62,048 nt of DNA from a virus (lineage: Duplodnaviria; Caudoviricetes). Made by a program: the position numbers and the translations under genes. Below are positions 36,934 through 46,372 of this stretch, piece after piece. The notes below the pieces were generated by a model. It was not told where the DNA came from. It searched no databases and saw only the letters and a list, made by a program, of their open reading frames with translations. The DNA is taken from the IMG/VR virus record IMGVR_UViG_3300027856_000009, positions 1 to 62,048 of that record; one strand, written 5' to 3'. Numbering within the stretch: position 1 is the stretch's first letter; each line of letters starts with the position of its first letter.

Positions 36934-37096
36934 CGGTTGCTCCAGATCGACGGGTCTCGGTGCGGCCGGCGGCCCAGTCGAGCACGAACGCCATCATCGT
37001 CTCGTAGAGGTCGTGAAGCTGGATCGTGAAGTTGCGCCACACCTGCTTGCGAGCTTCCTGGTACTCCCTGCGCAGACTGTGCGTACTTCCGCGGCA

Positions 37097-38170
37097 TCAG
37101 AACAGCTCTTGCTGCGCGCGATCGAAGCGGCAGCGGTAGCGCTCGTCGGGCCCGTACTTGCCGAGGTACTCCAGGCGCCCCGAGGCCACCTTCTTGTCGA
37201 GGAACGCCTGTCCCTCATCGCCGACCGCGCGCGCGTGCCAGTCCGCGGAGCCGTATGCCTGCATCAGCTCGCACCAGAGGTCGAGGACGCGGCTCCCCGC
37301 GCCGCGCTGCTTCTCCTTCGCGATGATGAAGTAGAGGACGCCGAGCGCGCCCTCGTCCGTCCGCATGATGTAGCCGCTCGCGTAGGCGTCCCCCTGGCGT
37401 TCGATCCCGTGAGCGTCCATGCGGGTGGAGCCGGTGATGGGATCGATGCGCTGCCCCATGCCCCCGGTGGCGCCGATCTCGATGATGGCGGTGTTGTCCT
37501 TCCCCCGCGCCTTCTCGACCGTGATGGTGTACTCGATGCCTTCGTGCGGTTGGTCCCACTCGACGGGTCCGACGTCGACAAGGAGGGGCGCGAACGGGGG
37601 CTCCTGGATGTTGAAGAGGTCTTCGACCGACGGCAGCGTTCCGCCGAAGCGTCGGAGTGCTTCGAGCTGCTCCATATGCATGTCGAAGGCGCGCTTGATG
37701 TCGGGGGGCGGACGCCCGCTCGCGTGCCACTCCGCAAACTCCAGCGGCATCTCAGCGGCGACCATGTTGAGGGCGATGCGGCGCACCTCTTCGTGCGCAC
37801 GCTCCAGCTCCCGCTGCTTCGCCTGCTTCGCTTTCTGCTCGCCGCGCTTCGTGCGCGCGCCCTCCAGTCGCTCCAGGACGGTGGCGTCGTCGGTGGCCCG
37901 CGCGGACTTGATGAGGAGGTTGGTGGCCGCCTCGATGAGCGACGTGGTGCGGACGTTGCTCCAGCGACCGCCGCCGTACTTCTTCTGTCGCTGCAGCCGC
38001 TGCTTGCTGAAGTGGTAGCGCTCGCCGCTCGGCATCAGGAAGTTGCCGTAGTGGTCCTCGCGGTAGCCCTTCGCACGCAGCCACGCCTGGATGACGCGCC
38101 TGGCGTTCTTGCCTGTGATCTTCTTCCGATCCCAGGCCGCGAGGATCGCGTTGGCGACCTCGGGGTTCAC
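37097..38170 (-). CDS. Protein with C-terminal GNAT-like acetyltransferase domain
   Basis: Starts (M)NPEVANA; YFIIAKEKQRGAGSRVL motif A; EGQAFL. Confidence 0.6.
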   Translation of the reverse strand: MNPEVANAILAAWDRKKITGKNARRVIQAWLRAKGYREDHYGNFLMPSGERYHFSKQRLQRQKKYGGGRWSNVRTTSLIEAATNLLIKSARATDDATVLERLEGARTKRGEQKAKQAKQRELERAHEEVRRIALNMVAAEMPLEFAEWHASGRPPPDIKRAFDMHMEQLEALRRFGGTLPSVEDLFNIQEPPFAPLLVDVGPVEWDQPHEGIEYTITVEKARGKDNTAIIEIGATGGMGQRIDPITGSTRMDAHGIERQGDAYASGYIMRTDEGALGVLYFIIAKEKQRGAGSRVLDLWCELMQAYGSADWHARAVGDEGQAFLDKKVASGRLEYLGKYGPDERYRCRFDRAQQELF

Positions 38171-39186
38171 GCTGTCCCCCTCCCCGACAGGCACACCTCT
38201 TCGGGAACCGACCGCCATGCGCCGTCCTGGTCCCGGTAGAAGGCCGCTTCGCAGAGGCTCAGCGCGCCCTGAACCATCAGCTCGGGACGCTCGAACGAGG
38301 GGGCCGTGAGCAGCCGCGTCGGGAAGTTCGGGAACGGCTTCACAGGGTCGCCGAACAGGTCCACCCACGACTCGACGAGCGACTCGATCTGCCGCTCAAT
38401 GAAGAGGTCGCGCGCCCACTCGACATCGTCCTGCTCCAGGATGCACTCCGGGAACAGAAACTCTGCCTCCGAGAAAATGCGGACACGCTCGGGGTCGTCT
38501 GCCGGGACCCACATGGACTCCTGGCGGAACGACCCCATCAACTGCGCGTAGAGGTGCGTCAGCTGCAAGGCGGCTTCTGTGTCGTACTGAGTGCCGCACT
38601 CGGCAATTGCTTTGAGCTGCTCCTCCACGGCGACAGCAATCTCCTCCTCAAACTGCCCCTGCAGTTCTTCGGGGCTCATGTCCTCCCACTCCTCCTCGTC
38701 AATCCCGAGCGAGTCCGGGTCGGACACGAGCAGTTCCGCCTCCTTGTACGACGGCTCCAGATCATGCACGCGGAACGCCATCCCCTTCGCTACCGACGCC
38801 ACGTAGTTGAGACGGAAGGCGACGGCCGGGTTGCTTCTGGCCTTCTCGTGATGCTCAGCAAACACATTGCAGGGCGTCGTGAATAGGTACTCGTTGTCGC
38901 CCGCAATCCGGTCGCGAGCGAAGATCATGCTGCTCTCGTCGCCCCACCGCTCCTCCGCTTCCGAGGCGGGCATGAGGGAGCCGCCATCGCGCATGATCTG
39001 CAGCAGCTCATCGCCGCCGCTGAGGGTGGTGAGGACATGGAAGATCAACGGGTCCTTCATGTCGAACGGGAGCTGCCGGTGGCGTACGACGTCGGCGTAG
39101 TCCGGCCTGAATCCAGACACGTCCGGCTCATGGGGCCACCTGATACCAATCCGCTCGACCATGCCGTTTCCCACCTCGGGGTTCAC
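38167..39186 (-). CDS. Acidic hypothetical protein
   Basis: Starts (M)NPEVGNG; GTGA overlaps. Confidence 0.7.
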   Translation of the reverse strand: MNPEVGNGMVERIGIRWPHEPDVSGFRPDYADVVRHRQLPFDMKDPLIFHVLTTLSGGDELLQIMRDGGSLMPASEAEERWGDESSMIFARDRIAGDNEYLFTTPCNVFAEHHEKARSNPAVAFRLNYVASVAKGMAFRVHDLEPSYKEAELLVSDPDSLGIDEEEWEDMSPEELQGQFEEEIAVAVEEQLKAIAECGTQYDTEAALQLTHLYAQLMGSFRQESMWVPADDPERVRIFSEAEFLFPECILEQDDVEWARDLFIERQIESLVESWVDLFGDPVKPFPNFPTRLLTAPSFERPELMVQGALSLCEAAFYRDQDGAWRSVPEEVCLSGRGTA

Positions 39187-39812
39187 CGGAGACCCGCCAT
39201 CTGCTGGTTGTCCTGAGGGACGAAGGCGAGGAGGTTGACCTTGTCGAGCAGTTCGTAGATTTCCCTCTGGTGCGGCGCGAGCGTCGCGTACGGCAGGTTC
39301 GCGAGCCACCCGGCCTGCATCACGGTGAGCACGTAGCCGTCGTCGTCGTCGGTGCCGTGTTGGTCTTCGCCGATGAGCGTGTTGAGCGTCATCTCCAGGT
39401 CGGAGCCCTTGGGCACGGCGAGCGAGACGGTCCGGGCCGACGGGTCCCACGGCGGCGGCGGCTTCATGAGGTCCGCGCGCAGGCGCTGACCGCCCTTGTC
39501 GTACTCCTCCTCCGCCTCCCAATCGTCGAAGATCGCGATTTCGGGCTCGTCGTCCGTGAAGCTCCACCGCGTCGGGTCCAGAACGCCGCCGTCGGCAAGC
39601 TCGACCCAGCCGTGCTGGATGAAGGGGTTGTTCCTGTAGTCGCGCCAGTATCCGTGGGGGTCTACCGGCCCGCGGTAGTGCCCGTAAACGGCCTCGCCGC
39701 CGTCAACCAGCGACGCAGCGGCGACGGCGACCTCGTGGCAGCGACCGGGCCACGTGTCGGCGGGCCCCACAATGTCTTCGAGGTCTTCGATGTCGAGGTG
39801 GTAGCTCTTCAT
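39183..39812 (-). CDS. Transglutaminase-like/papain-fold Cys peptidase candidate
   Basis: GRCHEVA (Cys), QHGWVE (His), VLDPT (Asp) in canonical order. Confidence 0.55.
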   Translation of the reverse strand: MKSYHLDIEDLEDIVGPADTWPGRCHEVAVAAASLVDGGEAVYGHYRGPVDPHGYWRDYRNNPFIQHGWVELADGGVLDPTRWSFTDDEPEIAIFDDWEAEEEYDKGGQRLRADLMKPPPPWDPSARTVSLAVPKGSDLEMTLNTLIGEDQHGTDDDDGYVLTVMQAGWLANLPYATLAPHQREIYELLDKVNLLAFVPQDNQQMAGLR

Positions 39813-41233
39813 GCGCGCACTTCCTCGCCCTGCTCCCGGATCGCGTCGGCGACGTGCCAACCGTACTCCAGGTTTGCCCACCCCTGGACAGCGAGCTTCT
39901 GGTGGATGTCCATGTCGGCAGGGCGCCACTCGGGAGCCATGACCTCGGCGATCTCATCGGGCAGATCGACCGTCACGAGGCGCCCCGTGAACCCCACGTC
40001 GGCGAGAAAGTTGCGAAACCCGTCGACCGCCTGCGCGGGCGCCACCGCCATCGGGAAGCTGCTCATCGGCATCACGCCGTTGGCCTTCGCTTCGAGGTAC
40101 GGGTAGCGGAGCTTCGAGGTGCTGACGGCCTCTCGCTCGAAAATCTCCTGGGCCTCCTCGGGACCGAGCCCGCGGTAGTAGACGCGGCCGCGGTCCTTCA
40201 CCTCACGCTTGAGCTGCGTCACGCGCGTCAGCCGACTCGCGACGCCGGGGCCGTGCAGCTCAGGAGCCTGCGGACTGCCGAGCGGCCAGACGTTCATGTC
40301 GAGGTAGTACATCCACTCGGAGTCGCCGGTGAGTTGCTCGAACGCGCTGATCGCACCCTCCCTGTAGAACGTCCCGGTCGTCATGCTCCAGACGTCGGTG
40401 TCGTAGACGAACGTCGGCGGCTGCTGTCCCTTCCTCATGTTGGGCTTGAGCGAGCGCAGCACCGCGCCGACGTCCGCGACCATCACGAAGGGCCCGAAGT
40501 TGGTGGCTGGGATCTGACCCACCGCCAGCGACGGGAACAGCAGCCCTCCGCACGAGTTGATGTGCGCCGCGTTGTCCGCCCAGCTGCCCTGGCGCGTCAC
40601 GTTGTCCATCGAGCCCATGGCATGCGTGACGACGAAGTAGTCGCTCCGTCCCCAGGCCGCGACCTCTCCCCCCGCCTCGTAACCTTCGAGCGGGCCGATC
40701 AACTCGCAGAAGTCGACGCCAGGACTGTTGAGCGCGTGCGCCGCGTCGACGATGGGTTCGGGGAGCAGCCACGGCGGGCGCTTGCCCCCGTCCTGCATGC
40801 GCCCCTTCTTGGCCGAGTAGTAGTCGTGGGGCCACGGGTAGCCGGGCTCGGGGATGAAGGTCGCGGCGAAGTCCTCGTAGGGCTCGCCCCAGCCCAGGAC
40901 GTGGCCGCCGAGGTTCGGCATCTTCATCACGAACTCGGTGACGCTGGCAGGTCCACGGTCCCAGCTGAAGCCGTCGAAGCCCTCGATTCCAGCCTCGCGT
41001 AACGCGTACTGTACGTACTCCCACTGGAAGGGCAGTCGACCGGTCTCGTACTCCCCGTCGATGAGGCCGAGCGCGACGGCACGGCGGAGCTTCTCTGGCT
41101 CCATTACCCACGCCCACCGCACGGAGTTGTCGCTGGTCTCCCAGGCGTACACGTCCTTCACGTAGCCGCGGGGGAAGAGCGCCTTGCCGAAGCGGAGCAT
41201 CGTGTCCCCGAGCTGCTTCAGCTCCGGGCGCAT
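39809..41233 (-). CDS. Hypothetical protein resembling a large-polyvalent-protein domain
   Basis: VVTH...GGLLFPSLAV...NFG...VYDTDVWS...YLEAK pattern recalled from polyvalent proteins; unverified. Confidence 0.45.
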   Translation of the reverse strand: MRPELKQLGDTMLRFGKALFPRGYVKDVYAWETSDNSVRWAWVMEPEKLRRAVALGLIDGEYETGRLPFQWEYVQYALREAGIEGFDGFSWDRGPASVTEFVMKMPNLGGHVLGWGEPYEDFAATFIPEPGYPWPHDYYSAKKGRMQDGGKRPPWLLPEPIVDAAHALNSPGVDFCELIGPLEGYEAGGEVAAWGRSDYFVVTHAMGSMDNVTRQGSWADNAAHINSCGGLLFPSLAVGQIPATNFGPFVMVADVGAVLRSLKPNMRKGQQPPTFVYDTDVWSMTTGTFYREGAISAFEQLTGDSEWMYYLDMNVWPLGSPQAPELHGPGVASRLTRVTQLKREVKDRGRVYYRGLGPEEAQEIFEREAVSTSKLRYPYLEAKANGVMPMSSFPMAVAPAQAVDGFRNFLADVGFTGRLVTVDLPDEIAEVMAPEWRPADMDIHQKLAVQGWANLEYGWHVADAIREQGEEVRA

Positions 41234-43038
41234 CAGTTCATCGCCTCGTCTTGGAGGAGGTCTTCGGGCCAGTCATTGCTCTCGCCACGCTTTTCGCCCA
41301 TCCCCCGCCAGAGTTCCGAGGCTGAGTGGTAGCCCATCCCCGACATGTTTGAGCGGTCGATGTGAAGTAGCTGCCAGGCGTTGTTGCGAAGCGTCAACCC
41401 GTCCATGTCGGTGAAGTCGAACGAGACGTTCTGCGCCCTGCTGCCTTCGATGACAGCGTCGGTGAAGTCGCACCCGCTGAAGTCCACGTTCGCCAGCACG
41501 CACCGGTCGAAGTGCGCCTCGACGAAGCTGCAGTCGTTGAAGCTGTTTCCCTCGAAACGGGAGTCACGAAACAGTGCGTCCTCAAAAGAGCAGTCCTTGA
41601 TGCCCGAGCCGTCGGGCGTCCACCATGCGCCGGTCGCTACGCCCTCGTCCAAGACGGTGTTGTTGAAACTCGCCTTGTCAAAGGAGCAGTCGAAGAACTC
41701 CATGAGAGAGCAGCTCTGAAACGTCGTTTCCTCGAACCTGACGCCTTCCCACCCGTCACCACCTACGTTGCACTTCACAAAATGAGCGCCGCGGAAGTCC
41801 GCCTGGTCGAACGGCACGTCTTCCCACGCCCACTCGTCGGTGAAGTCGATGTCTCTGATGGTGTGCCCCTTGAACTGGATGGTCTGGTTCGGCATCGCGA
41901 CCATGAGGAGCCCGAGTGGGTCGGCGTCGAAGTATTCGTTGATGAACGCCTGGGCGTAGACCCGGTACTTCTCAGCCGGCATCTCGTTCTGCTTGCCACG
42001 GATCTGTACGAACTGCCCGAACTTGGTCAGCCCCGACCGGATGAAGTCGGCGGGGCGATCCCATACGTCGCGCGCGCCCAGCGGAACCGGCTCGATGACA
42101 GTGTCGGCAACGTCCTGGTCAAAGCCCCATGGCGCCGCCTCCCCCACGGCAGCGTCAAGCGCCTGAGTACCTTTGATCCAGCCCTCGGACTTGATGTTGG
42201 GGCGCCACTCGATCGTCGTGTGCGGCTTCCCCTTCGGGTCACGGAGCGAGTAGATGCGTACCTCGCCGTGCTGAACCTGCTCGCAGTACCCGCCGACGCA
42301 GTGGCCCATCACGTCGCCCTCGGCTTCGAGTTGCTCGCGCGACGTCAGGTCTTGAATCGTGTAGCCGTCGTCGAACTCCATGACGACTACGCCCTGCGGA
42401 ACACCGCTGCCGTAGTCGACCTCGAAGTCCTCGACGGCGGCGAGCGCGGTCGCGAGGTCCGTCTTGTTGAGGTCGACCTTCTCCTGTTCGGCCCACATGC
42501 CGATGACGGGCGCCTTCTTCTGGAGCGCCGCGACGGCGTCGTAGTAGTCCTGCGGCGTCACCTCGTTGTAGAAGTCCGCGCGGTCTGCCCACTCCCCATG
42601 GCGCTTCCCTGGGCCGTATTTCTTGTAGCTCTTGGCGACCGACTTATCGAGGCGTCCTAGCTCGCGCGCGACCCAGGGGATGACCACGTCGTGTGCGTGC
42701 CGCTCAGGAAGTGTCCCCTCCAAGAAGCCCGACATGATCGTCAGGATGGAGTCGTACTCGCGCCAGCCCTGGGGCGACAGCTCTTGCTGCGCGCCGCCGG
42801 GAACCACATCAAACCCACGCAAGGCCTGGTCCGCGCGGGAAATCCCGGCTGGCGATGGATACAGCTTGCGCAACGGGGTGTCGAACCGGCGCTGGTACTC
42901 CGAGACAGCGGAGTCGCGGCCGGTCAGGAGGAGTGCGACGGTGCCCACGTCAGGGATGATGCCTCTCCGGGGCGTGTCCTTGTACGCCTTGATGACGTGC
43001 TTCATCCGGCCGATCGGCTTGTTGGGTACGAGCGTCAT
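41233..43038 (-). CDS. PcfJ-like domain plus pentapeptide-repeat protein
   Basis: LEAEGDVMGHCVGGY...IYSLRD...TIE...QIRGKQN; C-terminal xxFxx pentapeptide repeats. Confidence 0.8.
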   Translation of the reverse strand: MTLVPNKPIGRMKHVIKAYKDTPRRGIIPDVGTVALLLTGRDSAVSEYQRRFDTPLRKLYPSPAGISRADQALRGFDVVPGGAQQELSPQGWREYDSILTIMSGFLEGTLPERHAHDVVIPWVARELGRLDKSVAKSYKKYGPGKRHGEWADRADFYNEVTPQDYYDAVAALQKKAPVIGMWAEQEKVDLNKTDLATALAAVEDFEVDYGSGVPQGVVVMEFDDGYTIQDLTSREQLEAEGDVMGHCVGGYCEQVQHGEVRIYSLRDPKGKPHTTIEWRPNIKSEGWIKGTQALDAAVGEAAPWGFDQDVADTVIEPVPLGARDVWDRPADFIRSGLTKFGQFVQIRGKQNEMPAEKYRVYAQAFINEYFDADPLGLLMVAMPNQTIQFKGHTIRDIDFTDEWAWEDVPFDQADFRGAHFVKCNVGGDGWEGVRFEETTFQSCSLMEFFDCSFDKASFNNTVLDEGVATGAWWTPDGSGIKDCSFEDALFRDSRFEGNSFNDCSFVEAHFDRCVLANVDFSGCDFTDAVIEGSRAQNVSFDFTDMDGLTLRNNAWQLLHIDRSNMSGMGYHSASELWRGMGEKRGESNDWPEDLLQDEAMN

Positions 43039-43742
43039 TCGAGGTCGTCTTCCGTGAGCCCGAGCCGCTTCATGTCCGAGGCGCCGCGGACGATGACCCA
43101 CAGGTCAGGTTCACCCGCGAGGTAGGCGCCGTAGGCCCGGTGGTTCCCGTCCCGCAGCTGGGCCGTGATCTTCCCGAGGTCACCCAGGTTCTGCTCGACC
43201 GCCTCGTCCGCGCGCTCGGTCATGTCGGCACGAATGGTGTCGGCGTCGTCATCGTCCGCCGCGTAGGTCTCGATGTAGTCGTCGGGGTTGGCGATGTACT
43301 CGTCCAGCTCCTCGTCCCCCGCCGTGAACGGGCGGGTCATCCCGTGCGACGCGAACAGCTCCTCGCGAGCCAACGCATGCAGCGACTCCTCGACGTCGTC
43401 TAGCGTGACGTCGCTGAGTAGTACCGGAGGCGCGTTGATGAGCGGCTTGTCGCCGGAGCCAATCAGCTCGGCGAACGCGAGGACTTTCCCGGGCTCGAAC
43501 GGGTTCCCGGGGGCAGCGTGGATCTGGTCCCAGTCGAGCTTCATCATGCGGCCCTCGGTGCCGACCCAGCGGACCTTCCGCCCGTTGTAGATGGCCCCGG
43601 GGTCAACGTCGTCCTCTTCGGGCAGCCAGCCCTCCTCCTGCATGCGGATCAGCAGGTCGTAGTCGGGCGACACGGAAGCGAACGCCTCACCCGCGTCGAA
43701 GAGGGGGTCACCGGCGTCTGGATTCTCGACCAGACGGGTCAC
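43035..43742 (-). CDS. ParB/Srx-like domain protein
   Basis: PPVLL...LRDGNHRAYGA. Confidence 0.6.
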   Translation of the reverse strand: MTRLVENPDAGDPLFDAGEAFASVSPDYDLLIRMQEEGWLPEEDDVDPGAIYNGRKVRWVGTEGRMMKLDWDQIHAAPGNPFEPGKVLAFAELIGSGDKPLINAPPVLLSDVTLDDVEESLHALAREELFASHGMTRPFTAGDEELDEYIANPDDYIETYAADDDDADTIRADMTERADEAVEQNLGDLGKITAQLRDGNHRAYGAYLAGEPDLWVIVRGASDMKRLGLTEDDLE

Positions 43743-44338
43743 CCGAGCAGGCCTTCTTGCTGCTCTCGGTGTTCGTCACGCAGATCATCCCAGCTCTTGC
43801 CGACCGAGGTCTGGCGAACGTAGTCGGTCTGCGCGTACGCGCTCCGCTCGTGCTCGGTGTCCCGGTAGATTCCCTTCGGCCCGTAGCGCAGCATCGCGGT
43901 CAGAAAGTTGGTCGCCTTCGTCGCGACGCCGAGGACCCAGCCGATTCCCCAGACAGCGAAGAACTCGCCGACGTCGATCCCCGCCAGCAACGCGGCCAGC
44001 GTCGCCGTCAACAGCCCCGCGAGGAACGACCACGCGAGCGCGTCCTCCCACTGCTTGATGTGGACGAACTCGTGGCGCTCGGTGCGGTTGTCGACCTCGG
44101 GCGTCTCGTCGTAGGCGTGCGGGTGGTAGAGGATCGCGCGGCCGAGCGTGGTGCTGTAGCCCCAGAACTTCGCGGCCCACTTCCGTGTCCGCGTCGTGAG
44201 AACGCCCGCGCCCTGGAACCTCAGCGACTTCCACTCCGCCATGAAGAGGAGGCAGAGCAGGATGAGCCAGACGTAGCCGAGCACGACTGCGGGCAGCGCG
44301 AACGCGAACAGGACCCAGCCCTGCGGATTGTTCTTCAT
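43739..44338 (-). CDS. Membrane-bound zincin metallopeptidase candidate
   Basis: TTLGRAI, HEFVH, EHERSAY; TM segments. Confidence 0.7.
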   Translation of the reverse strand: MKNNPQGWVLFAFALPAVVLGYVWLILLCLLFMAEWKSLRFQGAGVLTTRTRKWAAKFWGYSTTLGRAILYHPHAYDETPEVDNRTERHEFVHIKQWEDALAWSFLAGLLTATLAALLAGIDVGEFFAVWGIGWVLGVATKATNFLTAMLRYGPKGIYRDTEHERSAYAQTDYVRQTSVGKSWDDLRDEHREQQEGLLG

Positions 44339-45483
44339 CGTCGCCTCCTCCTTCGGTTCGGGAGCACGCGCGGACGTGAGCGCCCGGCGTCTTCGATCTC
44401 GAACGCTGCCATGTCGTAGATGGCCCGTGCCACTCGTCGCTGGTTCGTGTCGTCGAGGCGCGGCCACATCTCGCGGACCGACGTGCTGTGCTGCCGTGCC
44501 CACTCCAACAACACCCGGCCAGTCGGGCCTTCCTCGTCACTGAGGCGCAGGCGTAGCTCCAGGAGCGTAAACTCATCGGCCAGCTGGTCGACAGCCTCGG
44601 TGAGCCGCGCCGCGACCTCGTGGGGAAGGTTGTAATAGGCACCCCACTGCTCGGGGGTCCACGCCTCGTCTTCCTGGCCCCTGATTTGAAACCCGTCGAT
44701 GGGGGGGGAGGAGAACTCTACGCCCATCAGCTCGGCGATGTTCTCGGTGCAGAGTTGCAGGTCTTGGAGCTGCTGATTGTCGCGGTCCTGCGCCCGGAGC
44801 CCCTCATCCATCGCGTGGGCCAGCTCGTGACGCAGCACCGATTCGAGCGTCCTGAAGAGCGCGTCGGGCTTGTAGGGCTGGTTGAACTTGACGCGCATGA
44901 CGATCTGATAGCCCTGCACAGACGTCCACATACAGGCTCCGGCCAGCTCATCCGGGTCGATGCTCTTCGCGTCGCGCCGAGTCATCCCCAGCGCGCGAAA
45001 CGCCTCGCGTTCCACGGCGCGACGCTTTGTCGCGGACAGCTGAACGACTTCAAAGTCGGAACCCAAATAGCCCGTCCCAACAACCCGGCTGCCGCTCTGG
45101 GAGGGCGAGTACCCCGGAGCGTTCGGATCGACCAGGGTGAGCGACACCTTGGCGTGGGGAGCGCGAGGCTTGATGCTAGGCACCTTGTAGGTGCCGACGG
45201 TCACGGCGACGCTGTCACGCAGCATCCGCTTCTGGACCTCCGGCGGCAGCATCCGCACGCTGTCGCGCTTGTACTGCGACACCGGCCGAGGGACGATTCT
45301 GACCGTCGGACCGGACGACACCTGCTCTCCGAAAATCGCCGCCAGGAGTTCGTCCTCGCCGCTCGGAGCGACGCTCTCGAACGCCCCCCTGACCGCCCGC
45401 ATCATGCGAGCGACCAGTGGCTCGGGCAGCTCGATGCCGCCGGTGCGCCGCCCCTTCCGGCGAGTCGTCCTGCGCCGAGCCAT
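44335..45483 (-). CDS. Zincin metallopeptidase candidate with Arg-rich termini
   Basis: LRHELAHAMD...YYNLPHEVAAR; MARRRTTRRK and LPNRRRRRR ends. Confidence 0.7.
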   Translation of the reverse strand: MARRRTTRRKGRRTGGIELPEPLVARMMRAVRGAFESVAPSGEDELLAAIFGEQVSSGPTVRIVPRPVSQYKRDSVRMLPPEVQKRMLRDSVAVTVGTYKVPSIKPRAPHAKVSLTLVDPNAPGYSPSQSGSRVVGTGYLGSDFEVVQLSATKRRAVEREAFRALGMTRRDAKSIDPDELAGACMWTSVQGYQIVMRVKFNQPYKPDALFRTLESVLRHELAHAMDEGLRAQDRDNQQLQDLQLCTENIAELMGVEFSSPPIDGFQIRGQEDEAWTPEQWGAYYNLPHEVAARLTEAVDQLADEFTLLELRLRLSDEEGPTGRVLLEWARQHSTSVREMWPRLDDTNQRRVARAIYDMAAFEIEDAGRSRPRVLPNRRRRRR

Positions 45484-45487
45484 CGTC

Positions 45488-46144
45488 TCAGCGCCTGCGT
45501 CGCCTGCGATTCTTCTTCGGCGCCTTCTTCCTGCGCGTCAGCCACCAGCCGAGTCCGACGAGTCCGACGACGCCGACCCCGGTCGCGATCCAGATGGCGT
45601 AGTTGGTCTCCGCGTAGGGGTTGCGGATGTCGGTGGGGAGCGGCGCCGCTTGCTGAACCTGTCGGACGCTCTGGACGGCCGCCCGCTTGGCCGCGAGGAG
45701 AGCGGGGGGAAGCTCCGCGGGCGGCGCGGGAGCGCCTCCGGCGAACTCCCTTGCATGCGCGGACGTCTCCTCGGCAGTGAAGGTCATGTCGGTGGGACGC
45801 GCCGCAAGCTCCATCGCCGCCTGCACCTCGGCGAGCTGCTCCTCCACCTGGCCCCGTCGGTCCCCGTCGGGGTTCTCTCGGAGGTAGCGAATGTATCGGT
45901 ACGACGCGTCCCGAAAGCGGCCGAGCCGCTGCATCGTCAGGCCGATGATGACCAGCATGTTGGCCGTCGGCAGCAGGATGAACGCCTCATCGTAGCGCCG
46001 GTTGGCCGTCGCGTAGTCCCCCGCACGGAAGGCCGCGTTGCCCTCGTCGACGCGCTGCTGCGCCAGGGCGCGCACCCCCTCGTCCGCGGTCTCGACCGCG
46101 TGGCGACGGCGCTCCAGCTCCAAGATTCCGAGTGCGTAGCTCAT
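45488..46144 (-). CDS. TPR-containing membrane protein (MSYALG leader, KN-polyArg tail)
   Basis: GNAAFRAGDYATA...YDEAF TPR helices; C-terminal TM; KKNRRRRRR. Confidence 0.8.
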   Translation of the reverse strand: MSYALGILELERRRHAVETADEGVRALAQQRVDEGNAAFRAGDYATANRRYDEAFILLPTANMLVIIGLTMQRLGRFRDASYRYIRYLRENPDGDRRGQVEEQLAEVQAAMELAARPTDMTFTAEETSAHAREFAGGAPAPPAELPPALLAAKRAAVQSVRQVQQAAPLPTDIRNPYAETNYAIWIATGVGVVGLVGLGWWLTRRKKAPKKNRRRRRR

Positions 46145-46158
46145 GGTGCTCCAGGGTA

Positions 46159-46362
46159 TCAGAGGAACAGGTCGTCGATGGCGTGGCTCAGCGCCGACCC
46201 GAACGATCGACCGCTGCGACCGACCCCGCCACCGCTCCGCTTGCCCTTCTCCCGGATGATGACCACCCAGCCATCGTCGCGGTTCCAAGACAGCTCGGCC
46301 CGGTAGTCCTTCTCCTTGACGAGGGTCGCCAGGTCTTTGAGGTTGGTGGTGAGGTTCGCCAT
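46159..46362 (-). CDS. Hypothetical protein
   Basis: GAGGAG RBS. Confidence 0.6.
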   Translation of the reverse strand: MANLTTNLKDLATLVKEKDYRAELSWNRDDGWVVIIREKGKRSGGGVGRSGRSFGSALSHAIDDLFL

Positions 46363-46372
46363 CGTCTTCTCC

